NCBI GenBank assembly: GCA_037130175.1
Contig: JBAXTN010000007.1
Span: 15,946 to 79,945 of the forward strand
Direction: 5' to 3'
Length of the DNA stretch: 64,000 nucleotides
Source: a bacterium
GTDB lineage: Bacteria; Verrucomicrobiota; Verrucomicrobiia; Chthoniobacterales; UBA6821
The position numbers and the translations under genes are program-made. The notes below the pieces were generated by a model. The model saw only the letters and a program-made list of their open reading frames with translations. It did no database searches and had not been told where the DNA came from. Of this stretch, positions 19,391 to 28,258 are shown one piece after another. Within the stretch, counting starts at the first letter, position 1, and each line of letters opens with the position of its first letter.

Positions 19391-19774
19391 TTATGCCGAA
19401 AAGCTCTCTCCGCAGGAGCAGTGGGCAACAGCGTTCGGGTTGGTGACTTTAAATCCCCCCTTTTGCAGGTCGTCGCTGTAGTCGAGTTCGGAGCCACTGA
19501 CAAAGAGGGCGCTCTTAGGATCAATGACGATATTGACGCCCTTGGATGGAACCAGGATGTCACGCGGCACAGGACCATCGACAAGATCCATTTTGTATTG
19601 GAGGCCGGAACAGCCCCCGCCGATGACAGCCACACGGAGTGCCCCTTGAGGACGCCCCTGTTTTTCGAGCAAGGATGTCAGTCTGTTTGATGCGGCATCA
19701 GTGACACGACAGAGCTTCTCATTCCCTATTTTGTAGGGGAGGGGAGCAACGGTGGTCTGGGTTGTTTCTGACAT
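19391..19774 (-). CDS. iscA: Iron-sulfur cluster insertion protein (IscA/ErpA/HesB family)
   Basis: 127 aa with GGGCSGLQYKM and a C-terminal CSCGESF motif. Confidence 0.9.
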   Translation of the reverse strand: MSETTQTTVAPLPYKIGNEKLCRVTDAASNRLTSLLEKQGRPQGALRVAVIGGGCSGLQYKMDLVDGPVPRDILVPSKGVNIVIDPKSALFVSGSELDYSDDLQKGGFKVTNPNAVAHCSCGESFSA

Positions 19775-19783
19775 GACTTGTTT

Positions 19784-20926
19784 TTATGCCGTCGAGGGCA
19801 ATCCGTAAAGGGCCTGGATGAGTTTCCGAGTGCGAGCTCCAGGCAATGCGCCGGGATGCATGGCACTCGGGATGAAGGCGAAGCCAAGACCAAGTTCGGG
19901 ATCGGCAAAGCCAAGCGATCCTCCCGCGCCCGGGTGTCCGAAGGATTTCTTGCCAGATCCGTAAACACCCACCGGATTGGCTACCCCGATATCATTGGTC
20001 ATGAATCCCGCTGAAAACGAGGTCTGGGCAAGGAGAGTAAGATCAAGCCCTCGGGAGAGTGTGGTTTGCATTTGTGAACGCGTTGTATCCGTAAAGAATT
20101 CATTTGGGCCGGCAAGCAGAGCATAAAAGCGGGCAAGGGCATCGGCAGTGGCAATGACACCGAGCGAGGGGATCGAAGCGGTGCGCATGGCTATCGTGTT
20201 CATGACTGAGGGTGTGAGTAGCCCTCCTGGTTCGCTCAGGGCGCGACGGGTGAGGGAACTCGGATCAGCAAAAGCCCGTGAAAAATCGCTTGGCTCAGGC
20301 GGAGTCTTGGGGGCAATCACGGTTGCAACGGTTTCCAGAAACTTTTCGGGAACTCCAAACCAGATTTCCAGTTCCAGTGGATCCCGGCAGGTAGTGTTCC
20401 AATATTCTCTGAGGGTCATTCCGCTGCATCGCCTCACGATTTCATCCAGGAGAAATCCGAAAGTCCTCGCCCCGTAACCATGGCGTTCATCCAGGCTCCA
20501 ATTCGAAGGCTGTGAGGCCAGAGTCGCAGTCACTCCCTGATAATCAATGATAGAGAGTCCCTTCGCATCGATGGCGGCAAGTCCCGCGCGGTGGGATAGG
20601 AGTTGGGCAAAGGTGATGTGGGCTTTGCCGTTCGCCGCAAATTCAGGCCAGAGTCTCGCAACAGGTGTTTGCAGGCAGATATCTTTCTGTTGTAGCGCAT
20701 GGAGCGTGGCGGTTGCTGCAATCCCTTTGCTTGCCGACCAGATTAGGCTAGATGTCGAGGGACTCCATGGATTCTCGGGAGAAGCCTCACCGCCATGAAG
20801 TGAGAGAAGGCACTGATCTCCCTGGCATAGGGCGAGCGCTGCGCCGCCATATGTTGATTCTTCCAGAAGTTCAGCAAAGGCTATTTCAAGCCGTGCAACT
20901 GCCGCCGCCGGGTCAAAGGAAGCCAT
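19784..20926 (-). CDS. Serine hydrolase, class C beta-lactamase/esterase family
   Basis: 380 aa with an S-x-x-K motif (SASKGIAA) and family-like length and pattern. Substrate unknown. Confidence 0.82.
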   Translation of the reverse strand: MASFDPAAAVARLEIAFAELLEESTYGGAALALCQGDQCLLSLHGGEASPENPWSPSTSSLIWSASKGIAATATLHALQQKDICLQTPVARLWPEFAANGKAHITFAQLLSHRAGLAAIDAKGLSIIDYQGVTATLASQPSNWSLDERHGYGARTFGFLLDEIVRRCSGMTLREYWNTTCRDPLELEIWFGVPEKFLETVATVIAPKTPPEPSDFSRAFADPSSLTRRALSEPGGLLTPSVMNTIAMRTASIPSLGVIATADALARFYALLAGPNEFFTDTTRSQMQTTLSRGLDLTLLAQTSFSAGFMTNDIGVANPVGVYGSGKKSFGHPGAGGSLGFADPELGLGFAFIPSAMHPGALPGARTRKLIQALYGLPSTA

Positions 20927-21396
20927 CAGGTCTTAAGAGCATCGGCGATTCCGGCCAGATCGGGATCCCGTTCGGCGAACGAGCGAAAAGTCTCATCCAT
21001 AGCAAAGCTGCGGCTGAGACTTTCCATGGCGGCATCACGGTTTCCAAGCACCGCCTCATAACATCCGATGTTGTAATGGAAAGTCGGGTCCTGTCTCAGG
21101 ATTGAGGGCCCCTTTAAGAGCAGATCACGAGCCTCCTCAGTCCGCCCTAGCTCATGCAGTGCAAAAGCTCCATGGATAAATGCGGGCAGGGCATCGTGAC
21201 AGAGTCTGAGAAGTTGCTCGGAAGTTTCAAAAGCTTCGCTCCATCGCTCTCCTCGCATCAGGATATTAAGCCGGAGTTCCATGATGTCCGGATCATCCGA
21301 AAGCGAGGGTTCTATATTGAAAAGCTCTGCAAGGGCCTCTTCGACCATGCCAAGCTCCAAGTATCCCTGAGCTGCGAGTAGTGCCTTTTCGCTCAT
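20926..21396 (-). CDS. Tetratricopeptide-repeat protein
   Basis: 156 aa, all helical, with TPR-like periodicity. Its stop shares one base with the downstream start (TGATG). Confidence 0.72.
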   Translation of the reverse strand: MSEKALLAAQGYLELGMVEEALAELFNIEPSLSDDPDIMELRLNILMRGERWSEAFETSEQLLRLCHDALPAFIHGAFALHELGRTEEARDLLLKGPSILRQDPTFHYNIGCYEAVLGNRDAAMESLSRSFAMDETFRSFAERDPDLAGIADALKT

Positions 21397-21413
21397 TCGC
21401 CCCCAAAAATTGA

Positions 21414-22478
21414 TTATGCGATGGTCACCTCGGGGGAGAGGTAGACATCCTGAATGGCATGGAGAAGCTTGACCCCTTCGTCCATGGGGCGTTGAAAGGC
21501 TTTGCGTCCCGAGATCAGTCCGGTGCCGCCAGCCCGTTTGTTGATGACGGCCGTGGTGACCGCTTCGGCAAAGTCATGCTTGCCAGAAGCTCCTCCACTG
21601 TTGATGAGTCCCGCTCTTCCCATATAGCAGTTGGCAACCTGATAGCGGCAGAGATCAATTGGATGATCGCTTGTAAGCTGGGTGTAGATTCGCTCGTCAA
21701 GCTTGCCATAGCTGGAATTTCCGGTGTTGAGAGCTTTGAATCCTCCATTATTTTCCGGGAGTTTCTGTTTGATGATGTCGGCCTGAATGGTGACTCCGAG
21801 ATGGTTGGCCTGACCTGTCAGATCTGCTGAAAGGTGATAATCCTTGTCCAGTTTGAAGGCATTGTTGCGCAGGTAGCACCAGAGGACGGTGGCCATGCCA
21901 AGCTCATGGGCATGGTGGAAGATCTCGGCAATTTCAACGATCTCCCTACTTGCATCCTCGCTACCAAAGTAAACGGTGGCACCGATGGCTGCCGCCCCCA
22001 TCTCGTAAGCTTCCTCAATCGTGCCAAAAAGAATCTCCCGGGCCTGATTGGGGTAGGTGAGAAGCTCATTATGATTCACCTTGACCAGAAAAGGAATGCG
22101 ATGGGCGTATTTGCGGGCGACGCTGCCCAGCACGCCGAAGGTCGAGGCAACAGCGTTGCACCCTCCCTCGATGGCGAGTTTGACGATGTTTTCAGGATCG
22201 AAATAGAGGGGATTGGCTGCGAAACTCGCCCCGGCGGAATGTTCAATGCCCTGATCCACCGGTAGGATCGAAAGATACCCTGTATTAGCCAGTCGGCCTG
22301 TGCCGTGAAGTCGTTGCAGATTGGCGAGGACACGGGGATTGCGATCGCTCTGGATGAAAACTCGGTCAATGAAGTCAGGGCCTGGCAGATGAAGAAGATC
22401 CCTAGGGATCGTCTTGGAAGTATGGTTGAGGAGATATTCGGCTTGGGAGCCGAGTAGGGATTGAATTTCGGAGGACAT
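21414..22478 (-). CDS. fbaB: Class I fructose-bisphosphate aldolase (FbaB/DhnA type)
   Basis: Collinear with my recollection of E. coli FbaB ([46 protein letters not shown]). The ORF track starts at a TTG at 22499; I place the start at ATG 22478 ([10 protein letters not shown]). Confidence 0.92.
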   Translation of the reverse strand: MSSEIQSLLGSQAEYLLNHTSKTIPRDLLHLPGPDFIDRVFIQSDRNPRVLANLQRLHGTGRLANTGYLSILPVDQGIEHSAGASFAANPLYFDPENIVKLAIEGGCNAVASTFGVLGSVARKYAHRIPFLVKVNHNELLTYPNQAREILFGTIEEAYEMGAAAIGATVYFGSEDASREIVEIAEIFHHAHELGMATVLWCYLRNNAFKLDKDYHLSADLTGQANHLGVTIQADIIKQKLPENNGGFKALNTGNSSYGKLDERIYTQLTSDHPIDLCRYQVANCYMGRAGLINSGGASGKHDFAEAVTTAVINKRAGGTGLISGRKAFQRPMDEGVKLLHAIQDVYLSPEVTIA

Positions 22479-22497
22479 GGCAATTCCTATTGGAGAC

Positions 22498-22550
22498 AAA
22501 AAAAAGAGAGCGTCGAGAAGAAACTAAAGGATTCCTTCGGACGCCCTCTT
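22498..22550 (-). terminator. Rho-independent terminator after ilvC
   Basis: On the minus strand, AGAGGGCGTC ... GACGCTCTCT forms a 10-bp stem (one G-U pair) followed by T8. Confidence 0.7.
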
Positions 22551-22578
22551 TTCGAGGATTCTGTTGAAAATAGGTCTC

Positions 22579-23604
22579 TTAGTAGGCAGCCTGGGCTCCC
22601 TTGATATTCTTCTTCTTGACCCAGGACATGCGGGAGCGGAGTTGCTCGCCGACCTTCTCGATGGGGTGCTTTTCACCTGCCTTGAGCAGGGCATTGTAGT
22701 TCTTGCGTCCAGTCTTGGATTCCTTGATCCAATCCTTTGCGAATTTACCGGTCTGAATATCCTTGAGAGCGGACTTCATCCGTTTTTTCACGGAAGCATC
22801 AATGACCTTTGGTCCGACGGCAATATCACCGTACTTGGCTGTTTCCGAGATGGAGAAACGCATTCCACTGATGCCCGACTCGTTGATCATATCGACGATC
22901 AGCTTGAGCTCGTGCAACACTTCAAAGTAGGCCATCTCAGGCTGATACCCAGCCTCAACAAGGGTTTCAAATCCGGCTTGGATCAGGGCAGAGGTGCCTC
23001 CGCAAAGCACGGCCTGCTCACCGAAGAGATCCGTTTCAGTCTCTTCTTTGAAGGAGGTCTCAAAGACTCCGGCACGGGTGCCGCCGATACCCTTCGCCCA
23101 GGCGAGCGCTGTCTTTTTGGCCTTTCCACTCTTGTCCTGATGGATGGCGATGAGTGTGGGAACACCCCTGCCTTCCTGATATTGACGGCGCACGGTATGG
23201 CCAGGTCCCTTGGGAGCGACCATGATGATGTCCACATGCTTGGGCGGTTCGATGGTCTTGAAGTGGATTGCAAACCCATGACTGAAGAGCAGGGTGTGAC
23301 CCGAGTGAAGATTCGGGGCAATGTCTTTCTCATAGACACTTGGAATCGTGAGGTCAGGAACCGCGACGAAAATGACATCCGCGCGCTTCACGGCGTCAGC
23401 CGTATCATAGACCTCAAATCCCAGTTTTTTGGCCACAGCCCGGCTCTTGCTCTTGGGATAGAGACCGATGATGACCTTGACGCCACTTTCCTTGAGATTA
23501 AGGGCATGGGCATGTCCCTGCGAACCGAAGCCGATGACGGCACAGGTTTTTCCCTTGAAGAACTTCAGGTCAGCATCTTTGTCAGTGTAGATTTTAGCGG
23601 GCAT
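22579..23604 (-). CDS. ilvC: Ketol-acid reductoisomerase
   Basis: 341 aa with [17 protein letters not shown] and a typical class I KARI sequence throughout. Confidence 0.96.
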   Translation of the reverse strand: MPAKIYTDKDADLKFFKGKTCAVIGFGSQGHAHALNLKESGVKVIIGLYPKSKSRAVAKKLGFEVYDTADAVKRADVIFVAVPDLTIPSVYEKDIAPNLHSGHTLLFSHGFAIHFKTIEPPKHVDIIMVAPKGPGHTVRRQYQEGRGVPTLIAIHQDKSGKAKKTALAWAKGIGGTRAGVFETSFKEETETDLFGEQAVLCGGTSALIQAGFETLVEAGYQPEMAYFEVLHELKLIVDMINESGISGMRFSISETAKYGDIAVGPKVIDASVKKRMKSALKDIQTGKFAKDWIKESKTGRKNYNALLKAGEKHPIEKVGEQLRSRMSWVKKKNIKGAQAAY

Positions 23605-23646
23605 GGTGGGTGTTTGTGTTTTTTTTTTAAGAGTGGGTGAGGGTGA

Positions 23647-24123
23647 TTATTTCGTGCGAGCCAGGGCAATCTTGCCGGTGCGGGTGAGTTCGGTGATGCC
23701 AAACGGCTCCATGAGTGCAAGGAACTTATCGATCTTACTCTCGGATCCGGTGATCTCGATGGCTAGGCGTTTTGGCTGCACATCAATGATCTTGGAGCGG
23801 AAGATGTCGCAGATTTGCATGATCTCGGCACGGGCTTTTGCATCAGCTTTCACTCGGATGAGTACAAGTTCGCGGTCGATATAGTTCGATTCGCCAAAAT
23901 CCTCGACACTGATCACATTGATGAGCTTATCGAGCTGCTTGTTCACCTGATCGAGCACCTTGTCATCACCTCTTACTACAATGGTCATGCGCGAGATCTC
24001 AGGATCGAGTGTCGGACCCACATTGAGGGTGTCGATATTGAAGCCGCGTCCGCTGAACATTCCGGCGATACGGGTCAGGACGCCGAATTTATTTTCGACA
24101 AGGATGGAGATGGTGTGACGCAT
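23647..24123 (-). CDS. ilvN: Acetolactate synthase small (regulatory) subunit
   Basis: ORF trimmed to ATG 24123 (MRHTISILVENKFGVLTRIAGMFSGRGFNIDTL), giving an ACT domain plus the C-terminal domain. No large subunit is adjacent. Confidence 0.93.
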   Translation of the reverse strand: MRHTISILVENKFGVLTRIAGMFSGRGFNIDTLNVGPTLDPEISRMTIVVRGDDKVLDQVNKQLDKLINVISVEDFGESNYIDRELVLIRVKADAKARAEIMQICDIFRSKIIDVQPKRLAIEITGSESKIDKFLALMEPFGITELTRTGKIALARTK

Positions 24124-24239
24124 GGATGACTGGTGATATCCCCTGTTCACAAATGAATGATTCGTAAAATGGAGAAGTGTTAGCATGGTTTGCCGCTTTT
24201 TTTTCGTCAAACGCAAATCAACCGTTTAGTAAAGAGTTC

Positions 24240-24827
24240 ATGCCTGCACTCCAGATACCCGCCCGAGACTTCGATGCCTACATTTTCGATTGTGACGGAA
24301 CGCTTGCCGACACGATGGGTCTGCACTACGAGGCGTGGAAGCTGGCACTCGAACCCCACGGGGCACAACTTGCTGAGGATCTTTACTATGTCTGGGGAGG
24401 GCGTCCCACGAAGGAAATCGTCGAGTCATTAAATGAGATGCAGGGGCTCTCGATGGATGCAGAGGCACTTGTTCACATCAAGGAGGAACTCTATTTCAGC
24501 TTGTTGCCTGGGGTTCAACCGATCGAGGAAGTGGTACGCTTCGCCCGTTCCCTCCATGGGAAAAAACCGATTGCGGTGGCATCTGGTGGCGGCAGGAAAT
24601 CAGTCCATTCCACATTGGAGGGATTGGGATTAATGGATCTTTTTGATGTGATTGTCACCTCGGAGGACTACAAAAATGGCAAGCCTGCGCCAGACCCCTA
24701 TCTTGTTGCAGCCCGTCGGCTTGGAGTCGAGGCAGGCGGTTGCCTTGTTTTTGAAGATACGGAAACAGGCAGACAATCGGCTCTTGCTGCTGGGATGAAG
24801 TGCGTGATGGTCGACTCGAGAAGGTAG
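24240..24827 (+). CDS. HAD-superfamily hydrolase (beta-phosphoglucomutase-like subfamily IA)
   Basis: Trimmed to ATG 24240. Motif I is FDCDGTLADT; the later motifs are VASGG and GKPAPDPY...FEDTETG. Confidence 0.88.
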   Translation: MPALQIPARDFDAYIFDCDGTLADTMGLHYEAWKLALEPHGAQLAEDLYYVWGGRPTKEIVESLNEMQGLSMDAEALVHIKEELYFSLLPGVQPIEEVVRFARSLHGKKPIAVASGGGRKSVHSTLEGLGLMDLFDVIVTSEDYKNGKPAPDPYLVAARRLGVEAGGCLVFEDTETGRQSALAAGMKCVMVDSRR

Positions 24828-24839
24828 GGGGACGCTTTC

Positions 24840-25274
24840 TTATGGGAGGGCGAGGATGATCGCACCTACCACAATGAGTGTTCCTCCGATCCACTGATGC
24901 CAGTTCACGGGTTCGTGGAGAAAAATCGCTGCCAGAGCGATTGCGAAGATGACACTCAGTTTGTCGATCGGTGCGACTTTGGAAGCAAGTCCGAGTTGCA
25001 GTGCCCGAAAGTAGCAAAGCCATGAGAGGCCAGTGGCGAGACCTGACAAAATCAAAAATATCCATGTGTGCCGGGAAATCCCTGAAAGCGGCATGGAGGA
25101 TCGTGTGACTACAACAAGGATCCATGTGAACAGAAGCACGACACTGGTGCGAATTGCCGTGGCCAGATTGGAATTGATGCCTTCCACGCCGACTTTGGCC
25201 AGAATAGCCGTCACACCCGCAAATAGGGCCGATGATAAGGACCAGAAAAGCCAATTGTTCAACAATCCGACCAT
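24840..25274 (-). CDS. EamA-like (DMT superfamily) small membrane transporter
   Basis: 144 aa, about 5 TM segments, a single EamA-type domain. Confidence 0.78.
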   Translation of the reverse strand: MVGLLNNWLFWSLSSALFAGVTAILAKVGVEGINSNLATAIRTSVVLLFTWILVVVTRSSMPLSGISRHTWIFLILSGLATGLSWLCYFRALQLGLASKVAPIDKLSVIFAIALAAIFLHEPVNWHQWIGGTLIVVGAIILALP

Positions 25275-25288
25275 TTGTTGGTTTGTTG

Positions 25289-25780
25289 TTAGAATCCCCC
25301 TGCGCCTGAGGCCTGTGACGCGATTTGTCCAAGTAAGGGCGAAAATTCGCTGTTCCAGAGTCCAATCAAAGGGCGTTTGTTTTCAAATCCAGCCTGTCCG
25401 GCATTGCTGACGCTGAAGACCCTGGGAGAAATACGGTAATCATTAGTTCCGGGAATCCTGACGATCTGAATCTTCACATGGACTGATTGAGGATTGTAAT
25501 AGCCGCCCCACATGACGGTGGCGAACTTGCTGGCGCTTTTGTCAAATGAAACCGATGTGGGATAGTGTGTCACACCGGCTGTATAACCATAGTTTGGAAA
25601 CACACTCTGGGCCGCAGCGATGATGGCATTCGGATTGGAGTTGGTGACTGTGACAGAACCAATGCCGCCAGACTGGGCTACTGGAGCGACTAGGCATCCG
25701 GTCATCAGAAGCATGGAGAAACAAACCAGCGACAGTAATATGTAGGAAAGATATTTCGACATGGTTTTCGTAGTGTACAT
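25289..25780 (-). CDS. Hypothetical lipoprotein
   Basis: 163 aa with a signal peptide and lipobox (LLMTGC). An alternative start is ATG 25762. It follows the beta-helix gene closely. Confidence 0.7.
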   Translation of the reverse strand: MYTTKTMSKYLSYILLSLVCFSMLLMTGCLVAPVAQSGGIGSVTVTNSNPNAIIAAAQSVFPNYGYTAGVTHYPTSVSFDKSASKFATVMWGGYYNPQSVHVKIQIVRIPGTNDYRISPRVFSVSNAGQAGFENKRPLIGLWNSEFSPLLGQIASQASGAGGF

Positions 25781-25787
25781 TGTTTTA

Positions 25788-28088
25788 CTAAGTGCTGAAG
25801 TGTTTGTCTGTATCGGCTGGCTTCCAGGGGTTCTGCTCGGGAAGTCGTCCTGCCTCGGAGGGAGTCGGGAGTTTTTTGCGATATTTGTCGAGGTAGAGTC
25901 CCATCTTGTCGAAGGGAATCGGCTGAAAACCGGGAATTTTGGTAAAGACTTCCGAATCCTTCTTCAGGGCAAAGTTGCCGGCGGCGAGATCGACGAAGCC
26001 TGGATCCGAGTTGGTTACCAAGTTGTCGACGAATTTGATGATGGCGGGATTGGTCTTATTCTCTGATTTTAGGCCGAGCTTGTAGGGTTCTCCGCTCTTG
26101 ATGTAGATGACGTTGTCCTTGAACAGGGTGCGCAGCGGGAGTTCGTGCCGTTCCTGAAGGAGGTTGACGATTTCCGGGTAGCGGTCGCTCCAGGGGGGTT
26201 GGGTCGGATTGATCTCCTGCACAGAACCGACCAGCCTGGAGTTGGTGGCATAGCCACGGGAGAGGCCGCGGTCATCGATCCCGAAGACGGGTCCTTCCTC
26301 CTTGATGAAGACATTGTTAATGATCGAGTTGTCAGGCCCGCTGGCGATGTGAACACCACTCCGGTCTCCCATAAAGATGTTGCCAAATACAAGTGATCCA
26401 CCCGCACCATCGTCCGGGTTGTAGCCACCGACGGTGTCGTGAATGAAGTTGTAGCGGATGACCACTCCTCGGAGCGTCCAATCCATCCAGGAGTAGAAGG
26501 CACCCGTGTCCGCCGTGTCGTAGGCACAGCGGTGCACTTCGTTAAATTCATAGACACAGTCGTTCCCACCGTAGAGGAAGGCATCGCGAGGGGCATGATG
26601 GATCAGGTTGTGAGCCACATAGCAGCCCACCACCCCTTCTGCGCGTGTTACATTATCGACGATCCGTGCCGTGTTGATCGCGGCGGAATACTGAGCCTTG
26701 AGTACTCCGTAATGATGAAGGTGATTGTTGACGATGTAGTTCCCGGAAGGAGTCAGGGTCTTGCGGTCACCGGGATTGCCATTCACAAGAATGCAACCCT
26801 TTCCGAGATCATGCATGTCGCAGCTCTGAATGCCGCAGTTACGCCCTTGCAACTGGATCCCATTCCCGCCGAGGTTAAGGAGAGTGCATCCCGCCACAAG
26901 ATCGCGGACGCCGTTAGTGATGACCATGCCCTCGCCAAGCGATCCCTCGAAGGTGAGTCCGATGAACGCAAGGTTGGCCGCTCCGTCGACGGAGACAAGG
27001 GGTTGGTCAAGCTGGGAGACGACGATGTCCGCGCCCTCGAGCGGTGCCGGGGGCCAAAAATAGAGCTTTTGCGAGTTGAAATCGATGGCCCACTGGCCGG
27101 GTTGGCGAATTTCCTCCGGGAGGTTGATTGCGCACCACTTCTCCTGTCCCGAGCCGAAGGGAGCTGTTGTGCGCTTGTACTTGCTGCCGATACCGGGGCC
27201 GTACGGGGTTGCGAAGGTGATCTGGTGGTTGGTTGATGAGATGGAGCCGACCTTGATCGCAGGATCCTCCCAACCGACGCGCCACTGGCCCTTCAGCCAC
27301 ACCCCATTGGTGGGATTCCATCGGGCGGGTTCCTCCTCGCGGTAGACAAAGGTGCCCGGGGTGGTCTTGTCACCGATCACGGTCACCTCCTTCATCGTGG
27401 TGTAGTCGTCGTAGGGCCAGCGGGAGAGCTTCATCCGCTTGCCGTTGAAGAAGAGCTCGAAGATGGCGCCTCCATCCTTGAAGATATCGGGGAAAGGCCC
27501 GGTATGCTTCAGGCCGAGGGCCTTCAAGTCGGCCACGAGAACCTTGCCTTGTGCCTCCGGGGCGAGGCGCTTGGACATCTCGGAGTCCGTGACGGGAGCA
27601 AAGTCTGAGGCCTTGAGCATCTTCCCGCCGGCAAGCCGTGGATTCTCATCCTTGAAGGCGCGGTAGACGACGGGAGAGCTCTCGGAACCTGAGTCCTCCT
27701 TCGTTAAGACAAGAGACTCGGGGAGTTGATAGACACCACCGCGGAGGTTCACCGCTATACCATCCTTCAGAATGCCCGACTGCCTCAGCTTCCTGATCTC
27801 GTTGCGGGCGCGGGAAATCGTGGCGAAGGGGCCGCTGCTGCCTGATTTCACAGGAGCCAAACCGTCAAGCGCGTCATCGCCATCTGGAGCCACATAGAAT
27901 TGTTTGGCCAGTGAATCCTCCTTGATCTCGATCGGAGTGACTGGCGGTGTATAGGTTCTCCAGTCAATGGCGCCGTGGGCGTGCGATAAACCGATGAGAA
28001 TAACTAATAATGGAACTACTCTGGACAGAGTCAGGTATCCTGATTGGCGGGGGGAGGTTTTCATGGGGTGAAAAACAGGAATACTCAT
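25788..28088 (-). CDS. Secreted right-handed parallel beta-helix protein (probable glycan-active enzyme)
   Basis: 766 aa with a signal peptide, an N-terminal YVAPDGDDALDG motif and repeated beta-helix turns (GNGIQL, NNHLHH, HNLIHH). Enzyme family not resolved. Confidence 0.82.
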   Translation of the reverse strand: MSIPVFHPMKTSPRQSGYLTLSRVVPLLVILIGLSHAHGAIDWRTYTPPVTPIEIKEDSLAKQFYVAPDGDDALDGLAPVKSGSSGPFATISRARNEIRKLRQSGILKDGIAVNLRGGVYQLPESLVLTKEDSGSESSPVVYRAFKDENPRLAGGKMLKASDFAPVTDSEMSKRLAPEAQGKVLVADLKALGLKHTGPFPDIFKDGGAIFELFFNGKRMKLSRWPYDDYTTMKEVTVIGDKTTPGTFVYREEEPARWNPTNGVWLKGQWRVGWEDPAIKVGSISSTNHQITFATPYGPGIGSKYKRTTAPFGSGQEKWCAINLPEEIRQPGQWAIDFNSQKLYFWPPAPLEGADIVVSQLDQPLVSVDGAANLAFIGLTFEGSLGEGMVITNGVRDLVAGCTLLNLGGNGIQLQGRNCGIQSCDMHDLGKGCILVNGNPGDRKTLTPSGNYIVNNHLHHYGVLKAQYSAAINTARIVDNVTRAEGVVGCYVAHNLIHHAPRDAFLYGGNDCVYEFNEVHRCAYDTADTGAFYSWMDWTLRGVVIRYNFIHDTVGGYNPDDGAGGSLVFGNIFMGDRSGVHIASGPDNSIINNVFIKEEGPVFGIDDRGLSRGYATNSRLVGSVQEINPTQPPWSDRYPEIVNLLQERHELPLRTLFKDNVIYIKSGEPYKLGLKSENKTNPAIIKFVDNLVTNSDPGFVDLAAGNFALKKDSEVFTKIPGFQPIPFDKMGLYLDKYRKKLPTPSEAGRLPEQNPWKPADTDKHFST

Positions 28089-28258
28089 TCAGTTCAAAGG
28101 AATTTGGCCATAAAAATCGGCGATCCTGTTTGAGAAGAATCTATCATATCGATCATCAGCCGTACTTCGCAGATCGCCGGCAGCGCATGGGAATATTTCC
28201 AGGACGGAGAGAGCTTGAGTAAATGCAAAAAGACTCCCTATGGTGATCACTTCTCCCC

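Noticed and set aside
22564-23640. A 358-aa ORF antisense to ilvC.
   Set aside because: It is a shadow ORF of ilvC, which is unambiguous, and carries no motifs of its own.
23647-24216. A missing acetolactate synthase large subunit next to ilvN-ilvC, considered as a sign of pseudogenisation.
   Set aside because: Both ilvN and ilvC are intact. ilvB is probably encoded elsewhere, which cannot be judged from this window.
24655-25365. A 236-aa ORF overlapping the EamA gene in another frame.
   Set aside because: It is His/Arg/Ser/Pro-rich with no TM segments or domain signal. The overlapping 144-aa frame gives a clean five-TM EamA-like protein.
28089-28258. An inverted repeat CGGCGATC ... GATCGCCG (about 28118 and 28171) in the divergent CAZyme promoter, considered as a regulator operator.
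   Set aside because: The arms are only 8 bp and roughly 45 nt apart, with no regulator gene nearby and no second copy. That is too weak to call.
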